A stretch of DNA of 57,181 bases, counting the filler, from Sphacelaria rigidula (taxonomy: Eukaryota): NCBI GenBank assembly GCA_964200075.2. It is 4 parts of 4 records of this genome, joined end to end, with 100 filler letters (N's around TTAATTAATTAA, not from the genome) between each part and the next. Parts side by side here need not be neighbours in the genome. Positions count along the whole stretch, not along the records: positions 42,965 to 57,181 come from CAXNAA020002375.1; 3 more parts are not named here. One strand, 5' to 3'. Made by a program: the position numbers and the translations under genes. The notes beneath the pieces were generated by a model, which was not told the DNA's origin, searched no databases, and saw only the letters and a list, made by a program, of their open reading frames with translations. This document shows, in pieces, positions 50,301 to 57,181 of the stretch. Numbering within the stretch: the stretch's first letter is position 1; the number at the start of each line of letters is the position of its first letter.

Positions 50301-53300
50301 CTCCGCCAGATGCGGCAGGGACGTTCTCAGCCAGTTTACCGCCTGCAGGAACTGCAGAAGCTCGCCTACTGTGCGCGGGCGCCTAAGATGCCAGCCCGCT
50401 CAGTCTCTCGCGGTCTTGAGCCACTTGACCGCCTGAAAAGACCTTTCCGCACTACGTGATCTGTGTGTCGTAGAACATGCACTTGTGCGCAGCCGCAAAA
50501 AAACCAGCATCCTCCAAACGGCCCAAAATCTCGTCCAGTGTACACAACAGATCATCCTCATCTTAACCTACCACAAGATATCATCCATCCATACTTTGCA
50601 CTGAAGTCCGGTCAATAACCCTGTCATGATGCCTTGGAAGTACCCCGTCGCATTCATCACCCCTTGCGGCACCCGTGTGGGGGTAAACAGACCTTCGGGA
50701 GTCGCGATCGTAAATATTTCTTGTGCATCAGCCGCCAACGGCATCTACCAGTACCCCTGCAGCACATCAATCTTGCCAAAACACGCAGCGCCTAGCAGGT
50801 CGATCATCTCCTCCTCGTGGTTAGGCATACCATTCGGAACCTTCTCAATCTGCTTGTTTACCGCGCGATAATCACTCACAAGTCGATAACCGCCTTTCTT
50901 TGGCGTCGCCATGGTCGCACTTGCCCACACCGCCTGTGAGCTGTGAAATACTAGCCCAAGCGCCACCAGCGTCGCCATACACCCTGCTAACCACGTTGCC
51001 TTTACAGGGGAATACACCCGCGGGCTCGCCTTGACTGCTCTAGCCCCAGGTTTGAATCTCATCTTCAATGGCTCTAGTCGAGCAGGCGGATCACCGCGCA
51101 GTGCTCGCCGAAAAGCGTTGACACGGCGCCCAACAACCTCCCGAAGCTTATCAACGCCGCTCGTCGACATACCCTTGTCCGCAGCCGCCTGTACTGCATG
51201 GTCCAGTGCGACACGACGCTCTGCCAGCTCCTCATCTAGAGTCATGTTCATCTCGGGACCACGCGACATCAATCGCTCGCCGGAGGGATCCACAGGCTCC
51301 TATTGTCCACCTGGATCCTGTAACGCCTTAATTGCAATGCTCACACGCCTACATTCTCGGAATTCAGGCGTATCTACACCTCTCACCAACGCGTGTCTTG
51401 AGGGTGCGCATGCGTCCAGCCCACTGTACACATCAATGCCCATGGCTTCCAGCGTACCGCTCCCGAGGATCACCACATCATCGGCACCTGGCATAACCGC
51501 ATAGTGACACAGATCCAACACGACCGGCCCCCAGCTGGTGTGCAGAGTGATGCGCACTAGGCACGTCTTCGACTGCATACTCCGTACACTACCATCAGCT
51601 AGTTTCATCGGGTGTGCACGAGCCATACTGGTGACAACTGACACATCAGGGAACACTGCTTTTGCAACTGGGCTGCCATTATTTCAGACATGATGGTGAT
51701 GTCAGCCCCCGAATCCAAAACTGCAGTACCAGGGCAAACGTTCTTGACTGTGGAGCCTGGAACGAACAAGTCTGCCGGCAGCATCGCTGCTTGCGGTCAA
51801 CTATTACACCCTCAGCCTGTAAGTCTGCGACCTCAGCGGTGTGCAGACCCCACCATACCGGCATTGTCTGAGACGTCCACTCCTGAGCCGGTCCCGCCGC
51901 CAGTTGGGTTTGAGCTGCAGGAGCCGGAGCGGAAGGCTGGCGCGGCACCATGCTATCCGCACTACTAGCACCCCCTTGCATTCCATCCCCTGGGAAAACA
52001 GCCCGTGTGGGAGCAGGACCTTTACCGCCCCCCCGCTGACCATGGACCTGTTGTTGTTGCTGCTGCTGCTGCGGCGGCGGCGACGACTTTGCTTGCCCAC
52101 CTGACGCACTCACCGCGGCCGCAGGTGTGCTCTGTTTGTTACAGTCCTTCTTGTAGTGGCCCTTATCGCCACACTCAAAACAACCTGCATAGCTCAGACC
52201 AGGTTTGTGGGGCTTTTTCGAGCTCTTACCGCCACTACCTGCTGCGGCGGCCGCAGCCGCTGCGCCGGCATTGGATGCCAGTTTTTTTTAGCCTTGTGAG
52301 CCGCTTTTTTGTCTAAGTTGCGGTTGCTGGTGGCGGCGTTTGTCAATCTCCTCAACAGCCTTCCATTTCTCCGCCAAGGCATGAGCTACCTCATAAACCA
52401 CTCTCGGGCTCTCTTTCCAGTCCCTTTTTATATAAAGTATATTTTGAACTTTATTCTTGAACTCAGGTGGGGTCAGGCCGGCGACCATAGTTCTGGTAAT
52501 AATGTGTGCTGGACCAGCCTTGAACGTACGGTCAGATTCAAGGAAGACGCACTCGGCACCTGCGTTTTCCGCAAAGTACTCCTGTAATAAACTCCATTGC
52601 CCTTCTACTCGACCCATTGCAGGTGGTTCAGACCGTGCGGCAAGGGCCTTTTTTACGCCTGCTGCAGCTTCGGAAGGATCAAGTTCCATATCGATCCAGC
52701 ATTTGGTATAGCGTGCAATCCCTTGCTGCAATTCGTCTTTGTCGAGTGGCGACCCGTCAAAGATGGTGTCAGACACGCACTTCTGGACGTGCCTTGGCAC
52801 CAACTCTTGCATGGTTAAGAGTGAGCACTTTACCGACCGGCCTTTGTTACTTTTCCCCACTGCCTCCTCATATTTGCGATTCCTTTGGTGAAAGCGTCTG
52901 GAAGCTTGCTCACTGAATTCTCGCCCATATTCGGGCACTTTCAAGGTTCCACCCAAGGTCAATTCAGTTACTGCAAACTTCACCTCATCAACCGTCTCGC
53001 TGGTGCCCCCTTTCCTTCGCGCTGCCATCCTTCCAACAGCCTCCTGTCACCGCAATCACCTTGGATTCGTGTGGCCTGCGCCTCTCTCTATGCCACTTCT
53101 CCCCCCCCCCTGCTATTCAACGTGAGCATCCTCACGCTCTACAAGCAGTCGGGTGCGACGTCCAGAACCCAATCCAGACACGACAAGTTTCCTGAATAAA
53201 CTTCTATTGTAAACCTGCCTGAAATCAGGACAAGGTTACAGTGCTGCTCCAGAGGCTTCCTCCCAGTCACGGGCTCCAGAGATTTCAAGACTTCAAGCAG

Positions 53301-53459
53301 TTATACAAACGGCAGTCTTTGTTAACCGGAAGTAAGCTTCACGGGCTTTCCTCACGAACACGATATGTTACGCATCCAATAGTCATCCTCCAAACAATCA
53401 ATCCAGGATCCGTTGCATATGTACATGTTGCATGGATACTGTAGGTGGACTACTCTACA
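47356..53459 (-). mobile_element. Ty3/Gypsy chromovirus element 2, nested in the gag of element 1
   Basis: LTRs 47356-47601 and 53208-53459 (TG..CA); gag 52288-53028; protease TAVLDSG ~51700; RT 50400-51293 (VWMDD); RNase H; integrase 48500-49500; chromodomain 47879-48180 (VEWVGF..SWEP); PPT GGAGGGTGC. Confidence 0.92.
48185..48430. repeat. Secondary insertion in Gypsy 2 pol (family shared with 5700-5860)
   Basis: AT-richer non-pol sequence interrupting the integrase-chromodomain linker. Confidence 0.6.
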
Positions 53460-54751
53460 GGGCGATCTCGAGCCGTGGTGCGCAAAGACTTCGGCGTGGA
53501 GGTGGACGACTCGCCGAACACCTCTATTTTCCGCCACTCCTTGGCTTCGGCCACGACGGTGTTCATTACCAGGTAAGGGTTGGCCTTCTAATTTGTTTCT
53601 TGCTGCAAAGTAACAAGCACGGCTTGCTCGAATGTTCCCGGGGCCAACCCCTCCACTGGAACCTTGATCATTACTGCAGCCGGGCCGGGAATAAACTCAC
53701 CATCGGGGGAACGATATACTAGTTCCACATTCGGATTTTATGAGAAGTACTTCCTCAGATTGGACAGGCTTGCCTCGTCCACCTGCTCTAGCACCGTCTT
53801 TCCCCGAGACTCCATAGCGACAGCTTTCGCCACGGCCGCGGACGCTTGGATCAACTCCAACTCGGCGCCCGCCGTATGTCCAGCATGCTTTTTGATCGCC
53901 GCAACCAATTGCGGCGGGGTTATTTGTGCTCTCATCATGTTCCACACGAGCAAACACTCTCTGCACATATGCGTCGGCACTTGTTGAGCCATCGACACTA
54001 CCTGATGTCGCACTGCACCCCCTGCGTTAGCGTGCTCCACACGCTTCCTGTACTCCAAGTACTTGGTGTAGAAAGTGCTAGATGCACTCTCGGAGTACCT
54101 ATCTCCGTATTGGGGAGGTCGCAACTGTTCCCGCATAACCACGGGTGTCACGCTGAACGCAGCACGCAAGCCGGTCGCCATAGCAGCAGCCGACTATCTG
54201 CGAACCTTTCGCAGGCCAGCGGACCGTCGTGAACTGCACACTTCATCCTTGCTTCGTCGCCGCACCACACAGTCGTAGGAGCTTTCAAACTCTCGCTACT
54301 CGCAGCTTCAGCGGGTCTCCAGTCTGGATCAATCACAGGCCAACCGCCTTTCTGTCGATCACCTCAGCTAGAACCCCCTCCACGTGTCTGTGGTGAATCA
54401 GGTTGTCCCCAGCTACCAGACTCTTCCGCCGAAGTTCCTCCAGCAGGTTCCGCTAGGTACTAGCTCTAGCACTAATATCGATATTGTGACGCCAGCCAGA
54501 AGAAGAACTGTTGGATCACTACTGTTGAGGGACTCCCCGGTCTCACTGGCCTCAGTTTCAGTTGTCAGCCTTTACAATACTTCATTATCTGGAGTGCCCT
54601 TGCAAACACAGCCTCATAGACCCTCAGGGTATCATCTCCGTGTCCCCGGTCATTATCCGGAATCCTCCCAGAACCCTCCAGAATCCCTGTGCCCCCGCTC
54701 ACTATCCAGGTCATCACTACCAACCCAACGTGACGGCGTAATTTCGTCACA

Positions 54752-54855
54752 GACTCGATTTTTGCGACTCAAGTTTTTGCGACTCGATCTTTGCGACAGG
54801 ATTTTTGCGACTTCATTTTTGCGACTCAGTATCTGCGACTCGTTTTTTGCTACAT
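54752..54855. repeat. Degenerate short tandem repeat (TTTTTGCGACTC units)
   Basis: Repeated TTTGCGAC motif at ~12-19-bp spacing. Confidence 0.7.
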
Positions 54856-55240
54856 TCTCCCACTCTAAAACCCCTATTGATTTCGGTTTTTTGGGGGGAA
54901 AACCTTGTCAACCAGAAGCCGAACGCATCTTGCTCCAAGGGGTACCAGGACACACAGCAGTTGCTGTTGCCTACCTAGTATCATCCTCAAAATCGAAGTC
55001 TCGAGTGAGAACGCCCGGCGTGTAGATGCTTGACGCGACCACTGCGTTCTGCGACGGACCCTTCCCCGCGTACCCGACAAGGGGGCAACATTCCCGTACA
55101 GACAGTAGCGATGTCAGCGGATCCTACGTTCTGACAGTCTGGCAGCCGGCAAGGTGGGTATGGTAGTGTCCTTCTAGCGATATCAACTTACAGTGCACTG
55201 GAGCAGAGATTGCACGTGAATATTTCGCGATTGACTCACC

Positions 55241-55354
55241 TGCACGAGTGGCCATTGGGGTGCCTGTAACCTCAGATTTGGACGTGACAGGCATTGTGCA
55301 ACGTCTGTAACGTCCGAATTTGAGGTTACAGGCACCCCAATGGCCACCCGTGCA
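55241..55354 (+). ncRNA. miRNA-precursor-like hairpin (114 nt)
   Basis: ~50-bp stem with 10-nt loop; several arm differences are G:U-compatible on the + strand. Confidence 0.45.
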
Positions 55355-55521
55355 CAGCTCGCCCAGATGTTGCGGATTTTTTCACGATCTCACTGAGTAA
55401 CAGTATTATTATTATACATGCGGAAATATACCAGACCCTGCATTATAAGTGGAAATGGACCAGACCCTGGACAAAACATTTTACAGTCAGTACGAACACG
55501 ATGTAAAAAGTGTACTGCGCA

Positions 55522-55770
55522 GAGTGTGTTGTGTGTGTTGTCGTCTCATCTATTCTGGACGCCGGTCTTTACCTTTCGGTATATGTAGGCGCACAAGCCG
55601 GGGTCACACTGTACGAAGGCCAACACGGGAGTTTCCTCTTTTTGGTTTGGTTTACATCTCCACCTTTCTTCTGCGGTGTTTGCCTTTATTGTTTATCGCA
55701 AGAGGGGTTCAGCAGTTTCATTCCCTCATCGATCGTTAGGTCAAATTTGTTCGGACAGTATGAAATACAT
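55522..55770 (-). mobile_element. 5'-truncated SINE copy
   Basis: GT-rich tail plus ATTCTGGACGCCGGTCTT(T)ACCTTTCGGTATATGT matching the SINE family. Confidence 0.8.
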
Positions 55771-57181
55771 TGCCGACTGTAATTTGTGTAAAAATCTCCA
55801 TGTTGTGGAATGTTACAGGTGGCTTTCGCGCCATAGCGGCTGTGTGACCATACACCTTCGCCCAAGATACGGGCAGCACTACAGCGGCGGAGGCGGCCTT
55901 TTACTCCTGCGTGCGCCACCTGGAGCAAACGCACGCCGTAGCTGCAATACGAGCAGCTTTACAAAATGTGGCGTAGCGGTATATAGCACGTAGCGAGGGG
56001 TGATATCCCGCGTACACGTTGGCCGCAGATACAAGCGGCTGCGTTCATTATATCTCGAACTGCATAGGAGAGCGCGGGTTCAATGCAGGACAGGGATAAG
56101 CTAAGGATACATTGCCCTGTGCTCAGGCCTACATTTTGGTTCGTCGAAGAGATAATGCGCGGACGAAGCTGACAAAAAGAAGGAAAATAAAATAACTTGT
56201 TTTCAATATCAACATTTCGTCGAAATATATCCTGTTTTGGCCCTTTTTGGTTTACTTGTACCCAATTATAGACCGAATTTTGACGTTTTTACGTCGAGCA
56301 CTAGCGATCACATGCTGGAAATTTGTCAGATGGAGCGTGGGTAGGTTAACGCCACGGAGATATCCAAATCAGTGGTGGTTTTGCGGTTTTCACACTTTTT
56401 TTCACAATGTTTCGAGATTTCCGGATCTCATACGGTTTACTGGGGAAAATAACGAAAAATGGCCACATGTTGACCGACCTACTTTTTCTTAGCCGCAAGG
56501 CTGCACAGGTCAAGCACCCACGTTGAAGAAAGGGTGCCATGTTAAGCTAGAAAAACGCCAACGAATGCCACCAAAAAATCGAAAATCAAATCGGACATCG
56601 TTGAGGGCTCGTACAAACATAACTGCATAGACTTATGGGACAGAGGAAGTACATGTATTAACCCTTGTGAGACCGTGCCTTTAGAACGACCGATAAGGTT
56701 TGTTAGTAACGACGTGTCTGGCGTCTGCACGAAACAGTGGCGTGTTGCTGAAAATCCGCATATGTAACCGCAGGGGTCTGAGAAAGAGCGAAAGTTGCAT
56801 CCAATCTGTTTTCAGGTGCAGGGTGCGCATTAGGTAATAATGTACATCTGATGTAGCAAGCAGTATGGGTCGCGGTAGAGAGCTTCCAACAGGATGCGGC
56901 GACCGGCGGGCCACCCGCCACTTGTGGCTTTGGATGGTATTATTGTCCCCATCACCTTGCCACACAGCCCATTGTGGTCGAGTTGGGCCGCCATTTCCCT
57001 CTTTGTTGCATGCGCCAAATTTTCCTCGAAGGGTATCAGCGTTGCGGCGCGCATACATCACGTACACTAGTGTACAGTACACTGCAGTACGCCTTTCTGA
57101 CTGCAGCAGCAGCTGCCGCTGCATACTCCCTTGCACGTTCTGGGCAATTCTCAGCTACCGAGATCAACTGCCTATATACCG

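Larger units (their letters stand above)
43040..54751 (-). mobile_element. Ty3/Gypsy chromovirus element 1 (decayed; 3' LTR lost; interrupted by element 2)
   Basis: Putative 5' LTR 54485-54751 (TGTGACG..CGTCACA); gag 53738-54181 continuing at ~47050-47350; protease AVLDSG 45867-47036; RT/RNase H 44919-45833; integrase 43220-44319 (HFDFLY, WTGPW); chromodomain 43053-43382 (VDWAGF..TWEP). Confidence 0.88.

Noticed and set aside
47351-53464. Perfect TSD for nested Gypsy element 2
   Set aside because: Flanks CGGCC and GGGCG match only 3/5; nesting is inferred from the interrupted gag instead.
54384-55025. 213-aa + strand ORF
   Set aside because: Spans an LTR and a tandem repeat; no protein-like motif.

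Overview
Eukaryotic, repeat-rich DNA, most likely a brown alga (Phaeophyceae) or other stramenopile; this is inferred from the intron-rich gene structure and TE types. The window is four independent contigs of near-identical length (1-14222, 14323-28543, 28644-42864, 42965-57181) joined by 100-nt N/TTAATTAATTAA linkers, so adjacency across the gaps means nothing. Contig 1: decayed intronless coding relics, MITE-like arrays, a 395-nt exon-derived fold-back, a duplicated fold-back coiled-coil repeat locus, tRNA-derived SINEs and LTR fragments. Contig 2: the only intact host gene, a 5'-incomplete 12-exon PhoD-like phosphatase, followed by a probable MULE relic, a SINE and a palindromic TG..CA mini-element. 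Contig 3: a decayed RTE-type LINE with tandem PAM2 motifs at its 5' end, a Copia element lacking its integrase core, and a pseudogenised, highly divergent, apparently intronless RNA polymerase beta-like sequence. The polymerase relic is the most novel signal and may mark an unrecognised endogenous virus or linear plasmid. Contig 4: two nested chromodomain-bearing Gypsy elements and a miRNA-like hairpin.
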